From a virus (lineage: Duplodnaviria > Caudoviricetes), in IMG/VR virus record IMGVR_UViG_3300014202_001126, positions 1 to 47,728 of that record: a stretch of 47,728 nt of DNA, one strand, 5' to 3'. Numbering within the stretch: position 1 is the stretch's first letter; the number at the start of each line of letters is the position of its first letter. Shown piece after piece: positions 23,590-34,104 of this stretch. Both the position numbers and the translations under genes were made by a program. The notes beneath the pieces are model-generated. The model searched no databases, was not told the DNA's origin, and saw nothing but the letters and a program-made list of their open reading frames with translations.

Positions 23590-26589
23590 ATGTCATCGAG
23601 CGCTGATATTGCTGCTGGCGACGCCTTTGTGCGTCTCACGCTGGAGGACAAAAAGTACCTCAAGGGTTTGCGCCATGCGCAGCAGAAGTTGCTCGCCTTC
23701 GGCCGAGGCGTCGAGGCCTGGGGGCGCACGATGCTCAAAGTCGGTGCCACCGTGATCGGTGTCTTGGGCGCTGCCGTGGCTCACTTCGTGCGCACGGGAG
23801 ACGCGATCGGTGACATAGCCGAACGGACAGGTATCGCCGCCGGCAAGATGGCCGAGTTCGCCTACGCCGCCGAGAAATCGGAGAGTAGTGCCGAGGCGCT
23901 GGAGACCGCGCTGAAGAAGATGGCCGTGCAGATCCAGGCGCTGCGCGACGGGGGGGACGCTGCCACGCAGATGTTCCGCCAACTGGGTCTCGGGGTGAAC
24001 GATTTCCTGGGGCTCAAGCCCGACGAGCAGTTCGAACTGATCGCCTCGCGATTGAACCAGGTCGCCGACGCGACGACGCGATCGGCACTGGCCACGAAGA
24101 TCTTCGGCCGCGCCGGTACCGAGCTGCTGCCGATGATGCGCAACCTGAACCGCTTGCGCGTGCAGGCCCGCCGCGAGGGGCTCTTGCCGAGCGAGGAAGC
24201 GATCCGCGACGCCGGGGCAATCGACGACGCAATGAAGCGCGTTCGCGCGACGATCTCCGCCACGACCGTCACGATCGGCCACGCCTTTAGTCCCGCCGTG
24301 CTCGAGGGGCTCGAGACGGTGCGCCGCATCGCCAAGAACACCAAGGAGTGGATCGAACAGAATTTGGGGCTCGTGCGATCCGTCGGCCGCATCGGCGTGG
24401 GCCTGTTGATTGTCGGTGGTGGCGCCTTTGCCCTGGGCAAGGCGTTTCAGTTTGCCGGGGGCGCGCTGAATGGGGTCGAGAAGAGTTACAGCGCCGTGAA
24501 GCGGGTGGCCGGTGTGCCGCTCCGCGCGGCGCGCAGTCTCGTCGGTGGTTTTGGGCTGGCCGATCGCGCGAGTCGCTCGCTGCGCGCGTCGCTGCGGGGG
24601 GTCGAGTCGGCCGCGACGCGGGCCTTCACCGCCGCGCGGAAAGCAGCGATGGCCGTGGCCGCCACGGCCGGCCGAGCCGGTGGCCATGCCGGTCGCGCCG
24701 GTTTGGGAGTCGCACGCGTGGGGCTCGGTTTGGCGCAAATGGGCGACTCGCTGGCCGGTTCGCTCGTGCGGACCGCCGCGCGCGACGGCCTGCGCGTCGG
24801 TCGCCTCTTCGCGCAGGGAATCGGCGCAGGGCTCCGCGTCACGCGAACGTTTTTCGGCGCCGCCTTCGATGCTGCAGCTCCCTACGCGCAGCGTGCCATG
24901 GGACACGTCTCGCGCATCATCAACCGCGAAGCTGCCCGCTGGAGTATGCTGCTGCGCCCGATGTTCGCCCACGTGCCACGTGCGGCGCGCGTCGCGTTCC
25001 TGCACGCCGCGCTCTTCGTCGCGCCGTTGGTGCAAAAGGTCTCCGCCGCCTGGCAACGTATCCAGCCCCACGCCACGCGTGCCGCGCGGGCCGCCGTCGC
25101 CGCCTGGCGCGTCGCCTCCGTACAAATCGCCCGCGGACTCGTCGTCGCCGCGACCGGCGCGTTCAACCGGATTCGCGCCATGGGCGTTGCCACCACGCGT
25201 GCCGTCGGCGCCGGAATCGGTAACATCGGACGAGGGATCGGAGGCGCGATCTCTGGAATTGCAGGTGTCGCGAGCATGTTGGGCGCGGGCGCCGGCGGAG
25301 CGTTCGGACAAATCGCCGGCCTGTTGCCTTCGGTGCTGCTCTTGATTCCCGCCGTCGGCGCCCTGATCAATCCGTTCACCATCCTTGCCGCCGCGATCGC
25401 GGGGGCTGTCTATCTCTGGACCCAGTTCAGCGACGAGGGGCAAGCCGCGCTGGCCAGCGTGATGAACTTCCTGCAGCCCTTCATCGACACGTTTAAGAAA
25501 ACCTGGCAAGGGATCAGCGACTCGATCGCCGCCGGCGACCTGATGGGGGCCGCAAACATCGCGCTTGCCGGACTGAAGGTCGCGTTCCTGCAGGGGATCA
25601 GCGCACTTTCGAGCGCCGTAGGTGGCGTGTGGGGGGATTTCATCGGCCAACTCGGAAGCCAAATCGCCGGCGGAGATTTTGCAGGTGCGTGGGATACGAT
25701 CGTCGCCGGGATGTACGCCGCGTGGGATCGCTTCGTCGCCTTCATTGTCAAGGCCTTCACCGACGCTGCGAAATCCGTTGTCGACGTGTGGGGCAACGCA
25801 GTGAGTTCGATCGCCAATAAGCTGCTCGCGATGTCTGCCCAGGGTGGCCTGATGGGGTCGATCGTCTCGCAGGTGCTCGGGGTGGACATGTCGGAAGAGC
25901 AGGCCCGCGCCGAGATGAACAAGATCGAGGGAATTGAGGCCAAGAAAAAGCTGCTCGCGCAACAGCAGGGGGACCTGGCCGCCGCGAACGCAAACGGTGG
26001 TGTTCTGCCGGACACCGAGATCACGTCCGCGATGATCCAGAAGCAAATCGACGACCTGACGGCCCAACTCGCAAGAGATGGTTCCGCGCCTGTGGACGTG
26101 CTCGGCGATGCACAAGCGGACGTGACGAAGGACGTCGGGGGTCAAGTCAACGCTGCTCAGAGCTTCCTCGACGGACTTGCTGCCGATCGAGAGGCCCAAG
26201 CGCAGAAGTCTGAAGCCGAACTCGGAGCCAGTGGCGCCGTCGCTGGGGGACAAGGGAAGGGGAACAAAGCCCTCACCGACGCGCAGGCCGAGCTCGATCG
26301 ACTCACGGCCGACGCCGCACGCAAACGCGCCGAGGCCGACGCCGCCGCCAACGAAGACGCCGCTGACTACGACGACGCCGTGGGAGGAGTGCCCGACAGC
26401 TCCACGATGAAGAAAGAGGTGGTCGGCAGTTTCACCGCCGCCGCCTTCGCCGCGCAGGGCCAGGGAGGCGGAAGCGCGCAGGAACGCATCGCCAAGGGAG
26501 TCGACGAGCTGGTGAAAGAGACGAAGGAGTCGCGCAAAGACAGCCAGCGATTCCTCCGTGCCATGGAAGCGGGTGGAGGATTTTACTAG
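23590..26589 (+). CDS. Tape measure protein
   Basis: ~1000 aa Ala/Gly-rich; AGDAFV N-terminus; IFGRAGTELLP. Confidence 0.9.
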   Translation: MSSSADIAAGDAFVRLTLEDKKYLKGLRHAQQKLLAFGRGVEAWGRTMLKVGATVIGVLGAAVAHFVRTGDAIGDIAERTGIAAGKMAEFAYAAEKSESSAEALETALKKMAVQIQALRDGGDAATQMFRQLGLGVNDFLGLKPDEQFELIASRLNQVADATTRSALATKIFGRAGTELLPMMRNLNRLRVQARREGLLPSEEAIRDAGAIDDAMKRVRATISATTVTIGHAFSPAVLEGLETVRRIAKNTKEWIEQNLGLVRSVGRIGVGLLIVGGGAFALGKAFQFAGGALNGVEKSYSAVKRVAGVPLRAARSLVGGFGLADRASRSLRASLRGVESAATRAFTAARKAAMAVAATAGRAGGHAGRAGLGVARVGLGLAQMGDSLAGSLVRTAARDGLRVGRLFAQGIGAGLRVTRTFFGAAFDAAAPYAQRAMGHVSRIINREAARWSMLLRPMFAHVPRAARVAFLHAALFVAPLVQKVSAAWQRIQPHATRAARAAVAAWRVASVQIARGLVVAATGAFNRIRAMGVATTRAVGAGIGNIGRGIGGAISGIAGVASMLGAGAGGAFGQIAGLLPSVLLLIPAVGALINPFTILAAAIAGAVYLWTQFSDEGQAALASVMNFLQPFIDTFKKTWQGISDSIAAGDLMGAANIALAGLKVAFLQGISALSSAVGGVWGDFIGQLGSQIAGGDFAGAWDTIVAGMYAAWDRFVAFIVKAFTDAAKSVVDVWGNAVSSIANKLLAMSAQGGLMGSIVSQVLGVDMSEEQARAEMNKIEGIEAKKKLLAQQQGDLAAANANGGVLPDTEITSAMIQKQIDDLTAQLARDGSAPVDVLGDAQADVTKDVGGQVNAAQSFLDGLAADREAQAQKSEAELGASGAVAGGQGKGNKALTDAQAELDRLTADAARKRAEADAAANEDAADYDDAVGGVPDSSTMKKEVVGSFTAAAFAAQGQGGGSAQERIAKGVDELVKETKESRKDSQRFLRAMEAGGGFY

Positions 26590-26591
26590 CC

Positions 26592-27383
26592 ATGGCGTTT
26601 GTCCTCGAAGAAACCCAAGAAAGCCGCTCGAGCACGTACGACGAGCCGACCGAGACGCGCATCTATCGCGCGACCGGCGAGTTCGACGATCAGCTCGTGC
26701 GCTACTACGCTCTCTCCGCCACGCCCCCTTCGATCTTCACGCCGCAGGGCCAGCTCTTCCGCCAGGACCTGCGCGTCGATCCCGACGGTTGGTCGCGTTA
26801 CCTGGTGAGCGTCCCCTACGGCCGACGCAAGAAACAGTCGGGCGACTGGACCTGGGATTTCGACACGACGGGCGCGACCGTCAAGATCCGCTGCGCCAAA
26901 GAGCACGTCCACAGCTACCCCGACAACGGCGACTGGCACAAGTCCGCGATCGGTGTGAAGGGAGACGGCGAAGTCGAAGGGGTCGAGATCGTGACCCCCG
27001 CGCTCAAGATCAACGCCACCTACAGCCACCCACTCGGCCTGGTCACGATCCAATACGCCAAAGTCCTCGCCGCCGCGACCGGCCGCACCAACTCGGTCGC
27101 CTTCCTCGAGCACGATATCGGGGAACTGTTGTTCCTCGGCGCAACGGGGAGCGACGGGACGTCGGCCGATGCAAAAGTCACCTATCACTTCGCCAGCTCC
27201 GCCAACGTGACCGACCTCAACTTCGGTGACATCGCGGGCATCACCAAGAAGGGGCACGATTACGCCTGGGTCGAATTCAAAGACGAGATCGAGAGCGGCG
27301 AAGCGGTCCGGCAGCCGAAACGAGCCCACATCGAACGCGTCTACGACGGAGCCAACTTCCCCGCCATCTTCGGCTGGTCGTAA
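26592..27383 (+). CDS. Distal tail / hub protein
   Basis: Immediately follows the tape measure gene; GELLFLGATG. Confidence 0.7.
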   Translation: MAFVLEETQESRSSTYDEPTETRIYRATGEFDDQLVRYYALSATPPSIFTPQGQLFRQDLRVDPDGWSRYLVSVPYGRRKKQSGDWTWDFDTTGATVKIRCAKEHVHSYPDNGDWHKSAIGVKGDGEVEGVEIVTPALKINATYSHPLGLVTIQYAKVLAAATGRTNSVAFLEHDIGELLFLGATGSDGTSADAKVTYHFASSANVTDLNFGDIAGITKKGHDYAWVEFKDEIESGEAVRQPKRAHIERVYDGANFPAIFGWS

Positions 27384-27389
27384 GGAGGT

Positions 27390-27484
27390 TAACCGCAGAG
27401 ACGCGGAGACGCCGAGGAAGAATCGTTTCTTGAGAAATCACCCCCGCCTCTTACATCTCTGCGCCTCCGCGCCTCCGCGGTAAA
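27390..27484. repeat. Inverted pair of type A repeats enclosing NBS-like site 27425-27438
   Basis: aaccgcagagacgcggagacgccgag ... ctctgcgcctccgcgcctccgcggta. Confidence 0.75.
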
Positions 27485-27490
27485 ACAATC

Positions 27491-28459
27491 ATGTCGGAAG
27501 AACGAGTCAGCGTAGGACAGAAGGTCGCCACGTCGCCGCTGCGTCGTGCGTCGACCGTCAATCGCATCCTGGAGGCGACCGACTACTTCCACGACAACCT
27601 GGCCGGCGGCCGGCCGGCCGTCGACGTCGCCAGCGCCTTCAATACGGCGACCGTCAAGATCCGCAACCTGACGGGCGCCGATCGCTCGCGTGGAGAGCTG
27701 GTGCAGTTGGGGGAGTATCTGCTCGACGTCGTCGATTTTCGCCGCCCCTGGTTCGAGGGGAACGACTTCGCCGCTCCTGCGTTCAAGCTCGCGTTGCTGC
27801 TGGCGCCCGTGAAGAGCAACGAGATCGGCGAGGCCCAGATCGCCGGCCGCTGCCTGGGGCGCGTCAACGTGCTCGACGAGGCGCACACGCACGCCGTGCC
27901 GACAGCCGGGGAGTACGTGCTCAAGTCGAGCGACTTCGGACCGTTCGAACTCCTCTCGCCCCCCGACGGTACAGGAGAGCAGGACATCATCGTCGCGTTT
28001 TGTGACGTGCGCCCCGTGCGGCTCGTGCTGACCGCGGATCTTGATGCCGGTACCGCAGCGGCTCAATTGTCGGCCTATTCGAGCGGCTGGAGTGGCACGA
28101 GTCGCAATTACGACGCGTTCGACTCGACGGGGACACTGACGCTCGCCGAGGGCGACGTCGTGTGGTGCCTCTGGTCCCCCGAGTCGATGCGACTAGAGAT
28201 TGTAAGCTCGCCGTCATCGGTGGCTATCTCGACCATCGTGCACGCTACGGCCGGCGGCGCTATGTCAAGCGGTAGTGTCACCGCCACGGTGACGCGAGTG
28301 CTGCAAGGCGATGCCGCCGAAGTAGACGACACGATTACGCTGACCGATCCAGGCTTCGGATTCGAGAGCAAGGAAGGCACGCTCTTTCGCGCGACGAGCG
28401 ACCCGGAGGGCACGTTCTGGATGGACGTCGCTGTTTGCTTGCCGCCCGAGGGGGAATAG
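27491..28459 (+). CDS. Minor tail protein
   Basis: 322 aa ORF in the tail module. Confidence 0.7.
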   Translation: MSEERVSVGQKVATSPLRRASTVNRILEATDYFHDNLAGGRPAVDVASAFNTATVKIRNLTGADRSRGELVQLGEYLLDVVDFRRPWFEGNDFAAPAFKLALLLAPVKSNEIGEAQIAGRCLGRVNVLDEAHTHAVPTAGEYVLKSSDFGPFELLSPPDGTGEQDIIVAFCDVRPVRLVLTADLDAGTAAAQLSAYSSGWSGTSRNYDAFDSTGTLTLAEGDVVWCLWSPESMRLEIVSSPSSVAISTIVHATAGGAMSSGSVTATVTRVLQGDAAEVDDTITLTDPGFGFESKEGTLFRATSDPEGTFWMDVAVCLPPEGE

Positions 28460-28460
28460 A

Positions 28461-29015
28461 GTGCCGATTCAATGTCAGCCGCAGTGCTGCTGCCCAGGCG
28501 ATGACACGATCTCCACCACCGATTGCGGCGTGTGCGCCGACGGGATCATTTCTCAATACTACCGCGTCGACATTACAGGCGTGACGACGGGCACCGGGCT
28601 TTGCACGGGCGGACGCACCTGCCCCGACCTGAACGGCAGTTACGTTTTCGGACCCATCGAAGGCGATAGCACCTTCTGCGGCGCGTTGCTCGAAATCGCG
28701 GGCGTGTGTCGAACCGACGATAGTTGCTTTGCAAACGCCGTGCTTCGCTTCTGGATCCCGCCTTCTGGTGACCTTGCCGGCCACCGCATTGTCGAGGTCG
28801 AGTTGTCGAGTACGGGCGACTGCGACGAGGACACCGGTGAGCCAGTTATGACGTTCGTTCACGACTTCGGGCTTGCCAGTAGCAATGACCCGCCCGACTG
28901 CATCGGCGCCCCTTTTCCGCTGCTCATTAGTGGGGGTGACATTGAGTTCATTATCTCGCCCAAGTGTGCAGCCGGTTCTGCCACCTGCACTATTACCCCG
29001 ATTGCCCCGCCATGA
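28461..29015 (+). CDS. Cys-rich tail tip-associated protein
   Basis: CQPQCCCPG N-terminus and many further cysteines. Confidence 0.6.
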   Translation: MPIQCQPQCCCPGDDTISTTDCGVCADGIISQYYRVDITGVTTGTGLCTGGRTCPDLNGSYVFGPIEGDSTFCGALLEIAGVCRTDDSCFANAVLRFWIPPSGDLAGHRIVEVELSSTGDCDEDTGEPVMTFVHDFGLASSNDPPDCIGAPFPLLISGGDIEFIISPKCAAGSATCTITPIAPP

Positions 29016-29335
29016 TCGATTGCACCCATCGCCGCCTGACGACCGAGCCGCGTTTGTTCGTGTGCTCGCATCCCGCCGTGAACGCGCCGAACAACGTCGT
29101 GTGGCTCGGCGTGTGTGATGGTTGTCCGCACGCCGACGGTGGTTGCCAGGCAATCGAGCCGAAGCGGATCGGAGACGAGCGCCGCGGACTGGGGGATGCC
29201 GTTGCTGACTGGATTGCGGCTGTCGGGTTCAAAGCAAAGCGCTGTTGCGGCGGTTGCACCAAGAGAAAGCAACTTTTGAACCGCTGGCTGCCGTTTCGCC
29301 GCGCTAAAGTGATCACGCTGGAGGATCGCCGTTAG
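29012..29335 (+). CDS. Small Cys-rich phage protein
   Basis: CDGC; GLGDAVA...CCGGCTKRKQLLN. Confidence 0.65.
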   Translation: MIDCTHRRLTTEPRLFVCSHPAVNAPNNVVWLGVCDGCPHADGGCQAIEPKRIGDERRGLGDAVADWIAAVGFKAKRCCGGCTKRKQLLNRWLPFRRAKVITLEDRR

Positions 29336-29928
29336 GGCGATGGCCGCAATTCAATGCGGGGTAAGCTCGGCTCGTAACGTTGCGCGAACTCGTCGCCCCA
29401 TTGGGCTCGCGTGTATTCTAGCGGCAGATCGTCATGGACGAAGATGCTCGCCACCTCCAACAACCCGAGGATCCAGGTTCGTTTTGACGGCTCGAACCAG
29501 ACGATCGCCATGTAGTTGCTGAACTTCTTCGTCGATCCTCCCCACAGGCGGTGTGAATCGCCGAGATTGCGCAGCACCTTCCCCTCGTCGAACGGGTCTA
29601 CTTCGAGAACTTTTTCGTCCGGGTTCCACAGCTCTTCACCACGGAAAAGCCAGCAGCGGTTCCCCTCGCGATCGACGCTGGCTAGCACGCGTTGGGTCGT
29701 CTGTGCCTCGTTGATAGTCGCGGCTGTCCCGAGCTTGATGCGCACGAGCTCTTGCAGGGCTACAAACGCCTCGTCGACTTCTCCCGCGCGCGGCAGCGGT
29801 CGATTCTCCGCATTCCTTGCTGGAGCAACCGGGACGAGAGACGGCGCGACTGGTCGAGAGCAGCCTGCCAGGGCCAGCAACGTGACCAGGCTTGCCTGCA
29901 CGGCACACAAGCGGTGAAACTCGATCAC
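29332..29928 (-). CDS. Lipoprotein moron
   Basis: Lipobox LLALAGC; convergent with the late operon. Confidence 0.6.
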   Translation of the reverse strand: MIEFHRLCAVQASLVTLLALAGCSRPVAPSLVPVAPARNAENRPLPRAGEVDEAFVALQELVRIKLGTAATINEAQTTQRVLASVDREGNRCWLFRGEELWNPDEKVLEVDPFDEGKVLRNLGDSHRLWGGSTKKFSNYMAIVWFEPSKRTWILGLLEVASIFVHDDLPLEYTRAQWGDEFAQRYEPSLPRIELRPSP

Positions 29929-30220
29929 CAGACGAGCCCCGATCGAAGAGAGAATAAAGTCCGGGCCGCCGCGTCCTGCGTTGGCCCGGGCTATGGATTG
30001 TCGCCGACGCCAGAATTGTGATCGGCCGATAGAATGGTTGCAAGCTCAAACTTTCCGTGGAGACCGACCTTGGCCGATGACGTCGGAACTTACCCAGGTC
30101 GCACTGGGGTAGCTCGAGGAAGAGTCGACAGCGTGGAATTGCCGGGCGGTCGCGGTATATTTAGCATCGTGCCAAAGTGGGCGGGCGATTGATGTAAGAC
30201 ACTGTCAGGGCAGGCTTCTT

Positions 30221-32326
30221 GTGACATCGAAGATCATTACAACCACGGAACTGATAGAGCGCATTCAAAAGCGATTGTCGTCCGGGCCTGTTAGCCGGCC
30301 GCCCTATACGCTCATTCTGGGCTCGGGATTCAGCTTCCCGCTAATACCGACCACATCGCAAATCGTCCGTGAAGAGCTGCCTTGGTGGCTCATGTGCCAG
30401 ACGCGGGAAAGCGGCGTTTTGCCCGCTGACTTTGCGAATCCCACCAAGGCGATGGAATGTCAGGCAAAGCGGAAATCATTCGCTGCGAGTTTTTGGAACG
30501 AAGTCATATCATCCAATCCCGAGTGTGGGATCACTCTTGGCGACGATGATCTGCCCACGAACGAGTGTATCACTGAGGCCTACAAGCTCGCGCTCTCAGC
30601 GGACTGTAGCTGCGGTCTGAGCACGCCCGATGAGGTGCGTCGCTACTACGCGGCCATGGTGGCGCGGGTGGGCAATAAGCTCAATCAGTCGCACCTTTTC
30701 CTGGCGTCGCTCGTCGCAGAGCAGCCCCAACTATTTGGCACCATATTCACCACCAACCTTGACCCGTTGCTTCAGCGCGCCATGCAGATGGTGAATGTGC
30801 CCTACTTCGTGTCCGACCGCCCGGAAGCGATGCAACACCCTGATGACGATGATGCCGTAGAGGCGCTGCATCTCGTGTACGCCCACGGAAGCATCTACCG
30901 ATATCTGCTCCTCAACAGCCCCGAGCAAATCGAGGAATATGCCACTCGCAATCAATCGCTGCTGCAGGAGTACTTCCGCAAACACGCGGTACTTATTATC
31001 GGATACAGCGGGTGGGATGATGCCATTACACGCGCCCTCAAGAGTGTCGGCCAGTTCGACCACAATCTCTACTGGTGCGACCGCGGTTCGACACCGACGG
31101 CTAGCGGGCTGTCTCCCATCGCTTTGGACATTCTGAAGAAGCACAGCAACGCTTTCTACGTGCCGATCAAAGGCGCTGACGAGTTGATGCGCGAGCTGCA
31201 CCAGGCGGTGACTGGATACACGCTGCCACGACTCTGTCGCGAGCCGATCACCGTCATCACGAGGCAACTGGAACTCTGCGATCTCACTGGGATGAACATC
31301 TCTCGCACCGAAGCTCAAGAAGAAGGCGGTTTCGGACATTCGACGCGAGCCGGCCGGCCCTATAGCGGCGCTGCCAGGCCATCAACCGATCCGAGCGACT
31401 TTGGTATGCGCGACGAACCGGCATTGGCGACGGGCCGCGAGTTGCTCGACTTCGAAAGCATTCTGCTCCGCCTGAAGGACGCCGATCGTCACTTCAAGGG
31501 CACCTCCGAAGTAGCTCCAGACGCGAAATCGCTTCTGAGAGCTCGAGTTCTCGATAGACTTGCTCTCGCCACCGACCTCTACTTCAGCCAGAAATCCAGC
31601 GAGGCCATTTCCCATTTCGACTTCATTCTTGGGCATGCCGACGTGCTAGAGGTCTCGGAGAAAGCAACGGCGATCGTCCGTCGCGGTACCGCCTACGACG
31701 AGCGCAGGGAGCCGGGCGATGACGAGCGAGCAATCGCCGATTACACGGCAGTGATCGAGATGCGCGATGTCCCTATCAAACAGAAGGCGAAGGCCCACGT
31801 GAATCGAGGCGTCACATACGCCAAGCGTAGGACCTCGAGCGACAACGAGCGAGCAATTACCGATTTCACGGCGGCGATCGCGATGCACGAAGCCCCCGTC
31901 GAGGATTGCGCTAGGGCCCACTACAACCGCGGCGTCTCCTACTCTGAACGCGGGGGGGACGGCGATTTTGAACGGATGATCGCAGATTATACGACAGTGA
32001 TCACAATGTCCGATGCCCCCGTCGATTTATTGGGATGGGCTCATGTCAATCGTGGCTTCGCCTACGGCAAGCGCGGGGAGGAAGGCGATATTGATCGCGA
32101 GATCGCCGATTATACGGCGGTGATCGAGACGCCCGATGCCCCCGTCGAAGTGTGGGCGCGTGCCTGCTACAACCGCGGTTATACGTACGACGAACGCGGG
32201 AGTTCGGGCGATACCGAGCTGGCGATTGCTGATTACAGGCGGTTGATCGCCAGGCCGGATGTTCCCACCTATCTACGTGAGAGTGCATTGCTCGGTTTGT
32301 CGATGCTCGATCCGCTCCCCGAGTAG
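30221..32326 (+). CDS. SIR2-like domain plus TPR-repeat protein (putative anti-phage NADase)
   Basis: ILGSGFS, TTNLD, YAHGS, IIGYSGWD (SIR2_2); five ~41 aa NRG..Y..RG..GD.ERAIADYTAVI repeats. Confidence 0.85.
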   Translation: MTSKIITTTELIERIQKRLSSGPVSRPPYTLILGSGFSFPLIPTTSQIVREELPWWLMCQTRESGVLPADFANPTKAMECQAKRKSFAASFWNEVISSNPECGITLGDDDLPTNECITEAYKLALSADCSCGLSTPDEVRRYYAAMVARVGNKLNQSHLFLASLVAEQPQLFGTIFTTNLDPLLQRAMQMVNVPYFVSDRPEAMQHPDDDDAVEALHLVYAHGSIYRYLLLNSPEQIEEYATRNQSLLQEYFRKHAVLIIGYSGWDDAITRALKSVGQFDHNLYWCDRGSTPTASGLSPIALDILKKHSNAFYVPIKGADELMRELHQAVTGYTLPRLCREPITVITRQLELCDLTGMNISRTEAQEEGGFGHSTRAGRPYSGAARPSTDPSDFGMRDEPALATGRELLDFESILLRLKDADRHFKGTSEVAPDAKSLLRARVLDRLALATDLYFSQKSSEAISHFDFILGHADVLEVSEKATAIVRRGTAYDERREPGDDERAIADYTAVIEMRDVPIKQKAKAHVNRGVTYAKRRTSSDNERAITDFTAAIAMHEAPVEDCARAHYNRGVSYSERGGDGDFERMIADYTTVITMSDAPVDLLGWAHVNRGFAYGKRGEEGDIDREIADYTAVIETPDAPVEVWARACYNRGYTYDERGSSGDTELAIADYRRLIARPDVPTYLRESALLGLSMLDPLPE

Positions 32327-32704
32327 TGTCGGTGCCTACCGGTTCCGCGGGCGAACTGATTAAGAAGGGTATTCCGAGGGCGCCGTCAGTGCGGTCGAGA
32401 ATCTGGGCGAGCAATGATCGCCTTCTCGGCAGCGTACTAACCGCGCCACCGGAAGTCCCGGTTGCCCAAAGTGCAGTCGCCCCACCACCAAATGCCCTCA
32501 AATACGCAGTAACCACTGCATCTTGCGGTACCGTTTGTCGGTAAACGTGACCAATGCAAAACGCGTGCAGGCGCGCGTATTTCGGGGTACTATTCTCAAA
32601 GAACGCGCTGCCGCGGTAAGTCTGCCGCGTCAGTCCAATTCTCCGTTGCCCCTTGTGTTATCGCGATCAGGGACGATCGTAGCCCCGAGTTAGCCGGTTC
32701 GCGC

Positions 32705-33520
32705 ATGAAGACCAAAGCACCGGAACCTACGTTTGAAATCCGCTTTGTCGCGCGCGGTTTGGTTCCCGAGGACATCCCCCTGCATGCCGTAAGCGACGCG
32801 CTCAGCGCCGTCCAAGACATCGCAAGCGGTCGCGACCCCTTTGAAACGCGACAGGTGCCGCCAGAAAGGTCGATTGGGTTACTCAAGGTTCGCCGAGGAT
32901 CGGCGGTCTACAGTTGCGTCGCCCGAACGCCAGACGACGCGCGTGCCAACTTGACGCGAGTCGGTACTATGCTGGCAAATCTGAACGGCGCCAGTTCCGA
33001 AGGCGACTTGATGGCGACTGCATTTCGCCCGATTGAAACCTTGAGCGCTGTTGCTCGAGCTATCGGATGCAGGCTGGAAATCTATCCCACAAAAGCGCGC
33101 AAATCGCCCCTTCTGGTGATTGAAGAAGGTGATTTTCAACGTATATCCGAGCGGCTGCTCTTCACTGGGGAAACAACAGTTATTGGTCAGGTCGTCCGGG
33201 TCGGAGGTGCGACGGGAAAACGCTGTCTGATGCGGATTCCAGGCCGTCATCGCTTGCTCTATTGTGACATCGCCGACAACGACGACAACGAGAGGCTTGT
33301 GAAGCGCTTAGGCGAAAAGCTCTACGAACAAGTTGTTGCCTCGGGGACAGCCACCTGGATCCACAAGTCTTGGTACATCTATCGATTTACCATTGCCAAC
33401 TTCACTCAACCGAAGATGGGTGATCCGAAGAAAGCTATCCAACGACTTCGCGATGCTGGGCTCAGCGCCTGGGACGACATTCCCAACCCTGACGCGTACG
33501 TTCGGGAGACGCGCCAGTGA
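32705..33520 (+). CDS. Hypothetical protein, putative partner/antitoxin of the PIN protein
   Basis: 271 aa; GTGA overlap with the PIN gene. Confidence 0.7.
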   Translation: MKTKAPEPTFEIRFVARGLVPEDIPLHAVSDALSAVQDIASGRDPFETRQVPPERSIGLLKVRRGSAVYSCVARTPDDARANLTRVGTMLANLNGASSEGDLMATAFRPIETLSAVARAIGCRLEIYPTKARKSPLLVIEEGDFQRISERLLFTGETTVIGQVVRVGGATGKRCLMRIPGRHRLLYCDIADNDDNERLVKRLGEKLYEQVVASGTATWIHKSWYIYRFTIANFTQPKMGDPKKAIQRLRDAGLSAWDDIPNPDAYVRETRQ

Positions 33521-34104
33521 GCATTGTTGGAGTCGACGCAATGGTGGTGATCTACGCGGGGCTTGTACCCGCCACCAACGCGCCGAGCGCCCAATCCTTG
33601 GAACTTCATGTTCGAGCGCAACGCTTGTTCGACAATCTCAGCCTCGACCAAGCTACTATCGTCCTGCCATTTGTAGCTATTTCCGAACTGCTGGTACCGG
33701 TGCCCACCGAGGACGCAGCAAAGCTCATCAGGATTCTGCAGGAGTTGTTCTTTTGTCCGGTATTCGACTCGCGCGCCGCTTCAATTGCCGCGTCTCTCTG
33801 GTCTCATCACAAGCGTTTGCCACGCGATCGTCAGTATAAGAATCGCCACGTCTTGAAAGCTGACGTTCTGATCGTTGCCTCAGCTAAAGCCGCGGGCGCA
33901 ACGACGTTCTACAGCAATGACCGAGAGTGTAGGATGCTTGCGTCGCTGATAATGGAAGCTGATGGGTTACCAGCGCAGCCCAAGACACTGCAGGACGTCT
34001 TTGTGGAAAGCGATATTCGACGTGGCGATTCTCCGCCACCGGTTAAGCGTCCAGTCAAGAAAAAGTCCAAGCGCACTCCGCGGCCTGACGAGCCAACAGC
34101 GTAG
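33517..34104 (+). CDS. PIN-domain (VapC-like) nuclease
   Basis: VGVDAM, VAISELL, ADVLIVASA, FYSND acidic quartet. Confidence 0.8.
   Translation: MSIVGVDAMVVIYAGLVPATNAPSAQSLELHVRAQRLFDNLSLDQATIVLPFVAISELLVPVPTEDAAKLIRILQELFFCPVFDSRAASIAASLWSHHKRLPRDRQYKNRHVLKADVLIVASAKAAGATTFYSNDRECRMLASLIMEADGLPAQPKTLQDVFVESDIRRGDSPPPVKRPVKKKSKRTPRPDEPTA

Noticed and set aside
23593-26253. Long minus-strand ORFs (886 aa here; also 7386-9197, 12036-13571 and 17020-18519)
   Set aside because: Antisense shadows of well-supported plus-strand genes in high-GC DNA, with no motifs
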